64,000 nucleotides of DNA. Source: Anolis carolinensis. Its lineage: Eukaryota. The notes under the pieces are model-generated. The model saw nothing but the letters and a program-made list of their open reading frames with translations, made no database searches and was not told the DNA's origin. Positions 25,278 through 39,100 of this stretch are shown in pieces. Where the stretch lies: NCBI RefSeq assembly GCF_035594765.1, contig NC_085842.1, positions 301,119,749 to 301,183,748 of the forward strand. Reading direction: 5' to 3'. How positions within the stretch are numbered: position 1 is the first letter of the stretch; each line of letters starts with the position of its first letter. Both the position numbers and the translations under genes were made by a program.

Positions 25278-25991
25278 GTGAGTTTGGGGGGGCATATGCA
25301 ATCTTCTTTATTTTGCTTTTGTTATTTAAGAGTTGTAGCAAGCAGCTATGCAGGGTATTCCTTCTGCAACTTTTCCCTCAGCACAGTATGTTTGGCTTTT
25401 TCACACTCTTCTGATTTCTAAAATGTCGAAGATTCGTACATTTTCAAACTCAGCTTTACATAGCTACAGGGGCTGGAAATGTGCATGTTTTTAATAGCAA
25501 AATTTATTGTTCTCATGAAATTGGGTTATGTAACCAATGTAACCTTTTCTGTGCGCTGGTCGATTATTAGCATATATACTGCTTTGTCCCCAGCGGTTGT
25601 AAATGAAATGCAAAGCAAATTGCAGCCCACGAAACAAGATATATATACCTATTTCTTCATTATCACTCATGTCTGACCTTTATTTTGCAGCTTTCAAACC
25701 TAGAAGTGGATTGGAATTTGAAATGGTGGGGACAGTGGGGTTCCTAAATCCCAGCAATTAATCATCCCTGGTTTTATAGTACATATATATGGTTGGTTTG
25801 GTAGCCCCACAAGCAAAGAAATCACTATGCCACCCCATTACCTCAAGCAGGTGATGGAGCCTGCCTGAACCTTCCACCCCAAATAAACACTGCAACATAA
25901 TCCCATAGTGTGAAAGAGCTGAAATAAGACACATGCATTGGTAGTATCAACATCTGCAAACCAAAATCGAGCCCTGGCTCTTTCATTAGAA

Positions 25992-26211
25992 AGCCAACAT
26001 GGTGTAGGCAGTTTGAGTGTTAGAATAGGAGCCTGGAGGCCACAGTTCAAATCCTTCCTCAGCCATTGAAACCCTGTGGGAGACTTTGGGCAAGTCTCTC
26101 ATCCTCTGAGGAGGACAGTGGCAAACCCTCACTTAACAAATCTTGCAAAGATAGCTCTGTAACATTAGGGTTGCTAGAAGTAAAAAATGACTTGAAGGCC
26201 CACAACAGCAA
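25992..26211 (+). mobile_element. Squam3-like CORE SINE; further copies near 32760-32936 (+) and 47620-47810 (-)
   Basis: agccaacatggtgtagg head, gttcaaatcc B box, gacttgaaggcccacaacagcaa tail. Confidence 0.7.
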
Positions 26212-28108
26212 GAATCTGTTACTTTGTTCAGTTGTGTTAAACAGAGACCACAAGCAGATATTTCAAGGCTTTAGGAGGCTTGAAAGGTATAACTGCTTCT
26301 GCTATTATTCATTGTCAATAAATAATAGCAGGTGAAGGGAGGAAGGGAATGGAATGAAAAGAAGTGCCACTTCCATAGTTTTTCCCTGTGGGAGAGGAAT
26401 CAAGTAATCCTGTCATCGATTGTAATTATAAAATGTCTACAGCTCCCCCCTCTCACCCCATATAAATATTTCATTTTCTCTGTATCTTTTGGAGAATTCT
26501 TGAGTCTCTTGGGAAAAACTGTAGAAACGGATGAAGATTTTGTATGTTTGAGGTGGGCACTCAGTGGGGTGACCCCAAAGCTCTTGTTGAGGACCCCAGA
26601 TCCCCTCCTTCACAAACTGCGCAATCAAAATTCAGTTCCACACTGCTGCTTCAATTTGCCAGCAAACTGGGAATTCAGAAAACAATTTGTTTTGAAGGGA
26701 TTTGGGAGGGCCATTTCCTGTTGAAGGTTTGTAAACAGCAAAAACAAACAAAAGAACATGTTTTTCAATGACAACAAAAATCAAAACAGGTATTTCCTAT
26801 TTGCATTTTCTCCCAGTTGGCCACCTTTTGTAGCAAATTTGGGGAAGAAATGAAGCCAGACCTGTTAAAATTGCCTACCCACAATGTAGTTAATTTTAAT
26901 TAATTATCCACATTTTGGTTTATTTTCTTTTTCCTTTCTCTCTCAGCTTTGTTTTCTTCTTCTCCCTAACCAGCCTCCTCATCGCTTTTTTGCTGTCTCA
27001 TTTTAAGTGTTTTATATTGTCTAGACCAATGTTGCAGCAGGGATTAATTTTGGTCTGCTGAGTTCTATAATCCTGCTAGGGATCTGTCTTGTCAAATAGC
27101 TTGAAGCTTCTCTATTTACTGACTAGGAGTGAAAGAGAGGAAAGGAGATGGGCTGGAGTTGGTGGGGAGGGAGACTATAAAATAATGTATCTTAGAAGCT
27201 TTGGGCTGCATCTTCAAATGTAAATTGCATTGGCTGTAATGCAGTTTTCCACAGGAGTGCTGGATGAGGATTTTAGTATAAAGCAGATTTAAGGAAGAGT
27301 GCCTGAAAAAAGAAGATACGCTGTTATCTCACACGAGGACGGATAATTATAGTCACATATCTGGCCTGGTTGTGGATGAGAGAACAGGGCAATGATAAAC
27401 CTAATTCCTTCCAAAAAAATTAAATAGCCATGTTACAAATCTCTTTTCTTACTTTCCAAAATGGGGAGAAGCAGCATCAGCAGCTCAGAGCAAGGTCTGT
27501 ACCCAGAAAGCCCTGGGCCTTTTAAATTCCTAGAGCAGGTGCATAGGATGGAAATAAATTAATTTGGGGGACAAACATTTCCCCCAAACATTTCACCTAA
27601 CATGACCAGGCTAGTTGGGGATTCTTGAAGTCCAAAAGGTAATTATCCTCCTCAATGCTTTGGTACGGCGTTATGGGCATATTTAATAGTCATAGTATGG
27701 ATGTTGTCTAGTCTCCATTGACTTCTAGTATATTATGCAGCACTGTCTTGGTTTCTATAGATTTGGAGAAAGGTGAAGGAATTTATTTTTATTTTTCTTT
27801 TGTCCTATTCTGTCCTGGTTTGCCAGATAAAACAATGATTTGGTCAATTAGGAAAGAAGTTCTGTGTGGGAGGAGGTATTCCAAATATGTTTTTAAACCA
27901 TCACCTCTAAATGGATTTAAAAAAAAAAAGCTGCTGTCAGTAGCCCAGAGTTCATATCTGTAGCTTTGCTTATCAGACCATTTCAGAACCCAATTATTTT
28001 TCCAAGCCAAGTCCCCTTTAAACTGAAATCTGGAGTCAGTTTGCACTGGCCTCCTTGTGAATTAATCTGCATGTATGCCGATAGAGGCGCTCTCTCTGGA
28101 ACAAGATA

Positions 28109-28431
28109 CAGTAGAGTCTCACTTATCCAACACTCGCTTATCCAACGTTCTGGATTATCCAACGCATTTTTGTAGTCAGTGTTTTCAATATATCATGATA
28201 TTTTGGTGCTAAATTCGTAAATACAGTAATTACAACATAACCTTATTGCGTATTGAACTACTTTTTCTATCAAATTTGTTGTATAACATGATATTTTGGT
28301 GCTTAATTTGTAAAATCATAACCTAATTTGGTGTTTAATAGGCTTCTCCTTAATCTCTCCTTATTATCCAACATATTCGCTTATCCAACGTTCTGCCGGC
28401 CCGTTTATGTTGGATAAGTGAGACTCTACTG
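28109..28431. mobile_element. free-standing Tc1/mariner (pogo-like) MITE, 323 bp
   Basis: perfect TIRs CAGTAGAGTCTCACTTATCCAAC, TA TSD. Confidence 0.92.
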
Positions 28432-29079
28432 TAAATGCAATAGCATTGTTAAGTGTTAATAATGGCGGTGCTATCAGACTTTTCTATCGATGGGTGAATC
28501 ATTTCTTTAGCTCACTTTCACACTGAGCTTAGAAGGTTTCTTATCTGTTCTGTTGCTGCTGCAATTCATTGTTATGCTTGTGCTCAGTGCTAGCAAAATG
28601 TATCCTGGGTATTGGTTTTTAAAGAATATGGTGTGTGTTAATCTTCTGATCCACAATTTGAAATAAGATGTCTTAAAACCAGTGCTCCCTCGAACAAGGC
28701 AGGAGAATGGAAAATGATATAATGTCAAAGAACAAGATGGTGGCCTGGGGCAGCATTTTTCTTGACACTGAAGCTTCTGCGGAGACTTTGTGTCTGCTCT
28801 TGCTACTTTGGCAGAGGTACTGCTTCTGTAGCTCAGAAAGAACCTGATGGCACTAAAGGGGAAAAAGGATCAGGAAGAAGACTTTTAGCTCAAAGGCTAG
28901 GTATGCAGCAATACATTTTGGCAAAAGGGCTGTATCTCACTCCTACACTTGTGCTTTGGTTCCAGATTTATGTTGCTGTTTTAAGGGGATTAAATGAACA
29001 GATCCTATGATACACAACTACCTTAATGTTAATGGTTCTAGAACAGAGAGTTACAAAATCATGAGGAGTAGGTTAGGAA

Positions 29080-29893
29080 CAGAGGCGGTTCTACCACCAG
29101 GCAAACTAGGCATTTGCCTGTGGCGCCATGTTGTTGGGGGCGCCATCAAGGCAACTCCTGTCTCCTGCGGCAGAAAGGACCCTAGGAAGACAATATGGTT
29201 TTTGGGAAGCCTGTGAAGTATTGCTTATCTTACCTAACTTGGGTGAATTAATTTAATGCATACACACTTATTTAATTGAATGTTCATTTTCTACTGTTAC
29301 TTTTTAATTTATGGAGCTTGTTTTAATTCATAGGTGAGCCACTTTTGGCCCCATTTATAAGAAAGGAAAATTGTTAAATAAGTCCTAGTACCTTCATTTA
29401 TAAGTAGATTTTCCCAAGGATTAAAGTTTTAATACCTGTATGCAACTATTTAGTTTAGCAGAGATATAGAATCTACACTTTCTAATGGATGTGCAAGGCA
29501 GAGATGGCAGTAATGAATGTCCAGCACTTCTGGCAAATGTCAGTTTGAGAAAATCTGACATACATTGTTAGAAATAGTTGTGCTGATTCAGACTACTGGG
29601 TCATCCAATTCAGCCTCCTCCTCCTCCTCTGTAGGAAGTTTAGGAAGCAAGGCAAGTGGGGCTTCCTCCCTGGGGGCATCCTTGGTTGGGGGGTATTAGT
29701 TGGCCCTGGTTGCGTCCTGTCTGGATTTCCCGTTTTCAGAGTGTTGTTTATTTAGGCTTTTCCTTAATCCCTCCTTATTATCCAACATTTTTGCTTATCC
29801 AACACTTTTATTTTTCAGTGATTGGTTTTTTTGGGGGGAGGGGGGCAAAATTTCTGTTCGCCTACACTTGAAAATTACCTTGGACCAGCTCTG
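29080..29893. mobile_element. composite non-autonomous hAT element (Ac-type target), 814 bp
   Basis: perfect 8-bp TSD GTTAGGAA (29072-29079, 29894-29901); imperfect TIR CAGAGGCGGTTCTA vs CAGAGCTGGTCCAA; Penelope and Tc1-MITE fragments inside. Confidence 0.8.
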
Positions 29894-30120
29894 GTTAGGA
29901 ACAAGCAGATATATTCAACTTCTGTGGAAGATTGGAGTCTGAAAGGTGGAATGTCCCATTAAGGCCAGCTTTAAAAGGCTGAAGCATATGTCTAAGATTT
30001 CCAAACAACTGAAATTTCACAGCTTAGGTGCCATTATTTCCACTAAACACAGTACAGATAGATTTGTTTGAGGTAGAGAACATGTCTACTGTTCATGCCC
30101 ATCCTATTGATATTTAAAAT

Positions 30121-30585
30121 TTTATTTATTTTATTTACTTTGCTATATATCCCGCTCTCTCTTCCTCGTAGAGCGTCTAACAATCAGCAACAATTCCATA
30201 ACATTCAAAAATACAAAAACATCATATATGCACAAATCAAAAACACAAATACAAAACAAACCAGAATTAAAAATCCACAATATTTAAAACCAGTTCCAAC
30301 TATGCTGTAGTCATAGTCCATTGCCATTTAACACAGTCCAGTCAAAGAATTTTATTTGTTTTCTGAAGGACAGCAGGGAGAGAGCCATTCTGATGTCCTT
30401 CGGAAGGGAGTTCCAGAGCCAAGGAGCCACCGTCAAGAAGGCCCTCTCTCTTGTTCCCACCAGCCATACCTGAGATGGGGTAGGACAGAGAACAGGGCCT
30501 CTCCAGCAGATCAGGCAGGCTCATATTGGGAGACGCGGTTGGTAAGATAGGTTGGGCCTGAACCGTTTAGGGCTTTAAAGGTCAT
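30121..30585 (-). mobile_element. L2-clade LINE 3' fragment; a second fragment lies near 49525-49830
   Basis: (TTTA) tail with atcccgc motif; gggagttccagagccaaggagccacc...gaaggccctctc, typical of the squamate L2 ORF2 end. Confidence 0.7.
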
Positions 30586-31036
30586 GTTGGTAAGGAAAAG
30601 GATGCTCCTTTTGGATCTTTTGATATAAAGCCAGTGTCATATTAGGGACATGTTTTGTTAAAATTGGTGATTGAATGGGAATCATCTTTGTTGGACTGAG
30701 TTCAACTAAGGTGTGCACGGGGCACATTGACTAAGCAGGTCTAGTCAGAACGTAGTAGGTGATCCTTCTTAGATGGGCCTCCATCCAATGTGATGGTGCT
30801 GTCATAGGAGGACATAGATGTAGATATCTAGAGCCCAACTTAGTGGAATGGCCTCCCAAACTCAACATGACAACCTTGCCCTATTGTGAAGTATAGTCAC
30901 CCATGTTGCCTTCCAAAGAGGGGAGACTTGTAAGATCTCTAAAACTGCCATCCTAATTAGTGTGTTGAACTTAAACTCCTCCCAGAACATTGAAAATTCC
31001 TAATAACTACCAAACTTTTCCAGGCATTGTGTCTAT

Positions 31037-31186
31037 GGCTCCTTCCACAGAGCTGAATAAAATCCCGCATTATCTGCTTTGAACTGGACTATATGGCAGT
31101 GTGGACTCAGATATCCCAGTTCAAAGCAGATATTGTGGGATTTTCTGTTTTGATATTCTGGGTTATATGGCTGTGTGGAAGGGCCC
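31037..31186. mobile_element. Harbinger-like MITE (free copy)
   Basis: TIR GGCTCCTTCCACAGAGC/GCTGTGTGGAAGGGCCC, palindromic interior. Confidence 0.75.
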
Positions 31187-31581
31187 TTAGTTTCTGAGCT
31201 AGATGAGGTGTCCATTTGGCATAAAAAGCCTTGCTCCTACTCTTCTCCATCCTCTTGTGGGCTTTTCTACCACTAGATCTGTTAATGCATGTTCTTCTAG
31301 CAAAAAAAGTTTGTAGCCGATTCTTTTTTACCCAGTGCACCTTTGAGGTAAGATTGCAATATTTCTTGAAATTATTTCAACACGTTACTGGCACAGTGTT
31401 TAGTGTAAATCAGTCCAAACTGTCTTAACCATATTTTTTCTCTGTTCATGGTGTCTAAGACCTACCTTGGTTGTAAAGACATATCAAACTAGGAGCTATG
31501 ATGTGTGTAAATCCTAAATCCTCCATGCAAGAGTGGTATTAACATGGCAGCTTTGGTTCTGCTTGTTTTGTTTTTTAATAG

Positions 31582-31696
31582 CGATTATCTCTCAGAAAAG
31601 CTGAAGATGCACAAAGCAAGCAGAAGAAAGGTGGTGATAACGTCAGAGAGAGAATCATCAGGCGAGCAGCTCTTGAATTTGAGGATGGCATGTATG
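31582..31696 (+). CDS. OXCT1: OXCT1 exon 9 equivalent (115 nt; interdomain linker)
   Basis: ttttttaatag|CGA TTA...TAT G|gtatcc; [38 protein letters not shown]. Confidence 0.96.
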
Positions 31697-31984
<288 letters not shown>

Positions 31985-32032
31985 TAAAATGTTTCATTGG
32001 AAGGTTTATTCTGTGTGTTTTTATCAAACTAG

Positions 32033-32081
32033 GGACCTTACCCAACTGAAAAAGACGTTGATCCTGACCTCATCAATGCAG
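32033..32081 (+). CDS. OXCT1: OXCT1 exon 11 equivalent (49 nt)
   Basis: aaactag|GGA CCT...GCA G|gtaaac; GPYPTEKDVDPDLINA. Confidence 0.96.
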
Positions 32082-32281
32082 GTAAACCACACAACTGACA
32101 TTTTCTCTAAGGATATCTGTTTTCTTGCTTCACTTGAATCCTTTTCAGGTCCTTTTCCTCATCAAATAAAATAGACACTTTTCAAAACTGTGCACTTCAG
32201 AAATACTGTTTTTTACCCAACCCCTCTGTGTTTTTTGCCCACCTTGGCTTTTGCAGACTTAACTCTGAGTTTCTTCTGCAG

Positions 32282-32354
32282 GCAAAGAAACAGTCACTGT
32301 GCTTCCAGGAGCTGCCTACTTCTCAAGCGATGAATCTTTTGCAATGATTCGAGG
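32282..32354 (+). CDS. OXCT1: OXCT1 exon 12 equivalent (73 nt)
   Basis: ttcttctgcag|GC AAA...CGA GG|gtaaat; GKETVTVLPGAAYFSSDESFAMIRG. Confidence 0.97.
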
Positions 32355-33097
32355 GTAAATAATGAGAGGCCTCATTTGCTAAATGTCACACCCAGCCGAT
32401 GGCTAAACTTATTAGTAATCTGTCTCAAAGTGACTCCCTGTCAGTCTCCTACAAAACAGTTATGCAATTAAGATCTGCTGGCTATTGGGTCCCAGAAGAT
32501 TTAGCAACTGGATATAGTCAACTGGATTTAAGAGTTGTGTCTGGCTTCTGCTGGTAGGAATGTTTCACATTTTTTCAGGGATGGGCATTACATGGCTCAC
32601 GGGTCTTATGTGATTTGTAGTTTTATAGAGACTTTAGCCTTCTTTACCAAATAGTGCTGATGCCTCACTGAACAATAAATCCCAAGAGTCCATAGCATTG
32701 AGCCATAACAGTAAAAGTGGTATCCAACTGCATTAATTCTACAGGGTGGATCCACCCTAAGTTTGAATTCCTTCTCAGTCATGGAAATCCACTGGGTGAC
32801 CTTGGGCAAGTCATGCTTTGTCCCTCTTAGAGGGAGGAAATGGCAAACCCTTCTCTGAATAAATCTTGCCAAGAAAACCCTATGACAGGGTCACCATAAA
32901 TCAAAGTCAGCTTGAAGGCACATAACGGAAACCAACAGAAGTAACGTTAGTTGTCCTTTCTGCTGCTACAGTGAGACTCAATAGCTGCTGTAGTTGACTA
33001 TTCAGAGGCATATAATATAAAACTGAATAATATGCTTGAATCCTTATTGTGGCCGTTCTTTCAAATTTGGTGAATGCCTGGTGTGTTATTTTAACAG

Positions 33098-33173
33098 GGG
33101 ACACGTTGACCTGACTATGCTTGGAGCTATGCAGGTGTCTAAATATGGTGATCTAGCCAACTGGATGATTCCT
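33098..33173 (+). CDS. OXCT1: OXCT1 exon 13 equivalent (76 nt)
   Basis: ttttaacag|G GGA CAC...ATT CCT|gtaagt; [25 protein letters not shown]. Confidence 0.97.
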
Positions 33174-36100
33174 GTAAGTACACTGAAAGGGTTTAATATT
33201 TTCCATTTTTATCACTCCATTTAATAATTTGAACAGATTGTAAATTTCTTTGGAAAAATTGCCCAGCAAATAGAAAAGAAAACCAAAACTAAATAGCTAC
33301 AGTTTGCAGGGAAAGATAGTTACTTTTGGATGTGTGTACATTTCAGTTTTAAAGCCATCGTTTGTCACAGTTTGGTAGTGGTCACCGTATTGTCTTTTTA
33401 TATTGTGACTGAGGAGCTGCTTTTATATAACTAGCTTGAGTTCTAGAACTATTTCTAGAGCCAGGTTCCTAGTGACTCATTCCAACAAAACATTTGCCTT
33501 GTGTAATCAAAATAATATCTTCCGATAAAATGGGAATTTGGAAGGAAGCCTTTCAAACCGAGAATGGATAGTGTGCAGCTCTCCAGATGATGCAATTCCC
33601 ATCATTCTTTATCAGTGCCTATGATGACTACGAATCATAGTACTTGTGGTTCAGCAATAGCTCATTCTACTCATCCCTGCTTTAAAACTGGTTTGGGGGA
33701 AAACTGGTGATTCCAGATATTCTTGGATTCCAGATATCCTCCAGCCCCAGCCAACTTGTCTAGTGTTGAGGTATAGGGGAGCTGTATTCCACCAATATCT
33801 GGAGGGCCCTGGGTTTTCTTCCCTTGCTGCTTACCCCAAAAGTAAAAAGAAAATACTTGCTAACGATTGAACATGGTGACCTTTAATCTATATAAAGAAT
33901 TATTCCATTCCAGCACACAGACACACAGTTGGGGATGCTTTCTGAGACAGTTCTCACTCGTTTTCATTTAAATACAGTTATCATCTAAAGCCATTCATCC
34001 ACCAACTGAAGTGTGTCTTTGCTTCAATAATCCAGCTGTTAACATCTATATTGGCAAAAACCTCAAATATAACTGAGAGAAGAAATGTAATCAGTTTTCA
34101 AAGATAAATACATTTGTAGCGGGAAAGAAAAAGGAAAGGGAGGAGGGAAGACTTTCCAAATCCATCTAACAGTTTTCTTCTTGCAAGAATTTCCTCTTAT
34201 TATTACTGTGTGAGAATGCAGTTCAAAGTCAATTCACTTCCCACTGTGAACCTGTAACCTGTTATATTTCAGTGTCAGCAGTTAAGCCTTTTCATGCATC
34301 CTTATCTAACAGCAATTCAGCGATCAGGGAAAAATGGTCTACTGTATTCGTAAGGTTTGTTGAAGGAAAAATAAAGTAAATTGATTATCTGAGCCCTCTT
34401 TATTTTTCTTGTTATCCAAGAATTTTCTTTGTTAGACTAAAAATCTCTTTGTTTCAATTTATGTCTATACAAACGTGCCCAAACTTTAAGATCAGCAATT
34501 GAAGCCCAGCTTTGTCCTGTTCAATCAGGGAAAGGAACTTGGTGCCTTCCCTGTAGTTTGGATTACAGTTGATATAACCTGTAGTAAGTGTTCAGGGAAT
34601 GTAGACGCTATTTGAAAGGCAACATATTACATGTTTTAGAGAAGTACAAGAGATGGAGCTCCAAGATGCTGGAACTCCCTGGCAATAGGGATCCCTATAT
34701 GTTCACAATTTGGTGATTATCATCAAATTGACCAATAAATGATCCCCCATATTCTTCAGATGAAACAGAACAGTATTGAGTAACACCATGTTATTTTTTT
34801 GCTATACTTTTTAAAAAAAATCAGAGATGACAGAAAATCTTTGGTTCTGTTTCCAGATTTTGTGGGTCTCTGTGTATGCATTGCAGCCATTGTATGGTTG
34901 CTTCAGCCATTTGTGGCATGTGCTTTAGGATGCAATCCAATGTACAAAGTGTCTGGGAGTAAATCCTACTCAACACTGCATTGCTTGCTTCTCAGCAGGT
35001 ATAAAATTACATTACAAGGTCATAACACAGTGTTCTCTATATGTTGTTGAACAGCAGCACCCAGCTGCTTTACACAACATAGGCAATGATGAGGAGCAAT
35101 TGGAGTAGCAGTCCAATAATTCCAGAGCTCTACAGGATTCTTGCCTTGTAATAACAATCCTCCTGGACTGACTTCCTTGTGCACAGTGGGATTGCTTTTT
35201 TAGTTCTTTCAAACAGAAAGAAAAAGGCTAACCATTTTAATACACATGATTTGGAAGAGATCCGCTTCATGTTCTCAAAACAGTTTGTGCATCTTAATGA
35301 ATTCTCTAGATTGTGGCTGCAGAGCAAAACCTGGCATTAGAGGTTGGCACAGCTCCTATGAGACCTTAAAAAGGCCCCCCCACTGAGCCCAGCTCCAGCC
35401 AAATGGGCTCAGTGAGTCATTGGCACTCTTTTGTCCAGCATTGCAACCCACCATTTTACGGTCTACACAAAGCCTTTGTGGCTTCAATTTAACAATGTCA
35501 GGGCCCTAGAGGGAAATAAAATGGTGGGTACCAACAGCCAAATTTGCTGTCTTGACTGGATTTTTTGTTGCTCCTGTGCCCCCTTACCTTGACAATATAA
35601 GAGGGAAGGAAAAGGGGCAGTCTACACTGGGGCAGTCACCACATCTGATTCTGGCAACACTGCAAGATGTAGACTTGGTTTCAAAGCTTGAAACAGTTAA
35701 CTTTTCCAAACTCTGCCTCTGATAACTGGAGAAAATGAGTGAATGAATGGATGAGCGAATGAGGCATATGGGAATGCAAGTGGAAAATTTCCAGGCTTAT
35801 AATGGCCTTTTTATTCTTAAACAGGAAAGAAGTCTTGCTTGGCATTCTGTATTGCAGTTAGGGATTTGTAACCTGGAGTTACGGGCCTGTAACTCCACTG
35901 AATTCATTAATACTCCTAGCCAGCAGACCTCTAGCTATCAGTTATAAGGAACACAAAGATTTGCTCAGTTGCTGACCAGGACAGAAGAAGAATGACATTA
36001 CAGCCTCTTCCCACCAGTGAACAAAGCTATTACAATCAAACATGAACTCTTATTGAAATTCCTTATTGCAGCATCATTTGCTGGAGGAAGAGAATAGGAA

Positions 36101-39100
36101 AAAGTCATTTTCCTTGCATCCCAATCAGTAGTTGAACAGCTCTCCTTCATCCAATGGGTTGCTGGCTTTTAAGGTACATTGGTGAGGATCAAACCCAGAT
36201 ATTTTTCTTAGTTATACATATTTACCTAAGTAGTTGATGTAGAATATCAGTATATATAATCTAATGAAATGTTTTTAAGTGATATGTTTCACATTTTATT
36301 TATTTACTATATTTATACCCTGCTCTTCTCACCCCGAAAGGGACTCAGAGCGGCTTACAGATTACGGCAAAACTAATTCCGCATTATACATACAAATAAT
36401 AAATAAAAACCTCAAATTATAAAACAGTTAAAACATAAATAGTAACACTAGTGCTGAATCCCATAGTCATTCAAGCTTTAAAATGAGGACCACCCACCTT
36501 GATGTGACCTTCACAGGTAACTTCTACATGGTGGTATTTGAGACATATATTTTATTAATAAATACTGGATTTAAATTACGGACCAAAACAAATTGGGGGC
36601 TTAAAGTGCCTTCTAAGGGTAATTTCCCCCTCCCCCCTCACACACACACACATTTCAGCTTCTCAGGATATTTAAGATCTCATAGTAGACTTTTAAAAAA
36701 ACTTCTAAACAAAAAGGGACTTTCAATCACATATTTTTTTCAAAAAGATCTTTTCTGGGCCTAAAAACATGATGAAAATGCTTCTCCGTACTCCCTTGAA
36801 GATCTTGGGGACCATTTGGGAACATTTATTTTTTAAATTTTTATTTATTTGCTTAGTATCCCTCCAACTCTTTCTGGGACTAATTTGGCCCTTGAGCTTC
36901 CTACATTTTCTCACTCCTGTATTGTCCAAATATCTTGTTTAGAAAAGCAGTGCACCAAGTATCTTGCAATATGTCTACTTTTCCTAGAATTGCTGCATGG
37001 AAATCACAATGAGTTATGTCACCTTTCTGGGAAAAAATAAATAAAACGGTGCTGGGTGGTGGGGAGACAAAGCACTGAAATTGATTTTGCAGTTTCTTTG
37101 ATTAATGATACTTTTATATGAGTGAAATAGCCCCAAGCCACTGAGGATCATACTTCCAGAGCAGAGGGGTAGGAGGCAGAAGAGAGATTAAAAGTGATGG
37201 ATGAAGTCTCCTAGGGATTTATGAATATTAATACCATAAATACTGGTGTGAATGATACGATACAACAGCAAATAAACCACTGAACTGTGGACAAATGCCC
37301 AAAAGCAAACAGTTGATAAAGCCTGAAGTATAGATCTGGAGAAACTTCCAGAGTTAGCATATGAATATATAGAAACTGGCTGAAAACTTTTTTTATCTGC
37401 TCTCTCTTGTATTCAGAAATGGTTCTGATGAAATGGTTGTGCTTGTTTATCCTGAGCAAAATCTTATTACTGAAGCCGTCTTATATAGAGTTGGACCATC
37501 AGCTTGTTTGTTCTTGACAGGAGCTCTCCAAGGACTGAGCTTTCTAGCCTCAGCTGTATTAATCTTTAAAGTGCTCTTTTTAAAAAAGGCATTCAAACTT
37601 CCTAATCTCATTTACCATCATAGCAGCTCATGAGGTAGTGAATATTGTGCAGGGGAAAGTTGCCTTCTTATGGTTCTTTCACTTAAGAAATGGTATATTC
37701 TATTATTACAGAGTAAGTAGAAATCTCTGTAAGTAAGAGAACTTGAGAGCTCATATGTGAATCCCTCTGTGTGCCAAGGGGGAAATAATGTGTCTTATGA
37801 ATTGGTTCTCAAATGAAGCCCTGCAAGATACGGTATATTTGCCAAGGAAACCTAAGGAAATTGATCCTTTCTCCCAGTCCACCTTGCAAATACCGGAGTA
37901 CTGCAAAGAGGAAGTATAATATATAATCCTGTAATTTTATGTATATATCGAGGACAGGTTTTGGGGCCAAAATGGTACATCTTGATATGACTTGTGGATA
38001 AGTTGAGGATCACTCTGCAAAATAGGGAAATAACCAGTGCTGCCTCAGTGGCCAATCTTGATTTCTTTCCAAAGCGCTGGAATGCATGGTTTCTGAACCA
38101 CTAAACTACTTTGTGTCTGGAGTTGAAGTAGCACATCCTCTCTTAGGCATGGGTTCCCCGTGGGTGACTTTGGATAATTCACAATCTCTCATCCTGAGAG
38201 GAAGAAAGCATATAACGGTAGTGGAAGGACAGTCCTATTATTTATTTATTCATGTATGGCTCATGCTTTGGTGCTTCTGTCCAAAGCTGTTTTGCAAAGT
38301 CACGAAGCAGGTTTGCGATATGATGGGAGGCTAGGGGGCTGCACTAGCCCCTCAAGTGACTTTGAAGGGTTGCACGTTCACCACTAGCCCTCCTAAATGT
38401 TTTACCTGGAGATGCCCTCCAAATGCTCTCTTGCAGGTGTGGGATTTTGTTGCCTGCCTTTATCCCTCCTGGGTCCTTTTAGGCTCTGTAGTTGCCTTTT
38501 TAAAACAATGGGACATATGTTGTTTTCAATTCTGTATACTTTGTGATTTCTAGAAAGACCTTTCCTAGATCTAAAATAACCAGAAGGCTCCCAAATTTGG
38601 CAGAATCCTCCAAATAATAATCTATCTATAAGTATAGCCAACTAAAGATGATCCTAGGGGGCTACAAACTTGTTTGTTTATTGGATGCATGCCTCGTCTT
38701 TCTCCGGGGATGCGATGAAGTTGATAATAGTCCACAAAGGCCTACACTAGAAAGATCTTTTTCACAGATAGCTTCAAAGGTTCCACTGGATTCTTTGATG
38801 TCTTTTTTATGTAAATGGGACTAACATTATTATTTCTTTGAACACTGCTTCTTAGTGTGAGGGCTATCTTGTAATATAGGCTACGAAAAGATCAACAAGA
38901 AGGAATTATTAGTACACAGAGGTGGTCCCTCCTGTATTCTTTCCTAGTTTTTTGGCATCTACCCAGCATCTGCCCACATTGCATTACATATGGGCAGAAG
39001 TGAGCATCATGTGGCTCATTTGAAGTTTCACTATAACTGCAGCAGATACTACTTTTAACAGATGTAGTTAAAACTGTACTCTTCAGACTTACAAATTGGA

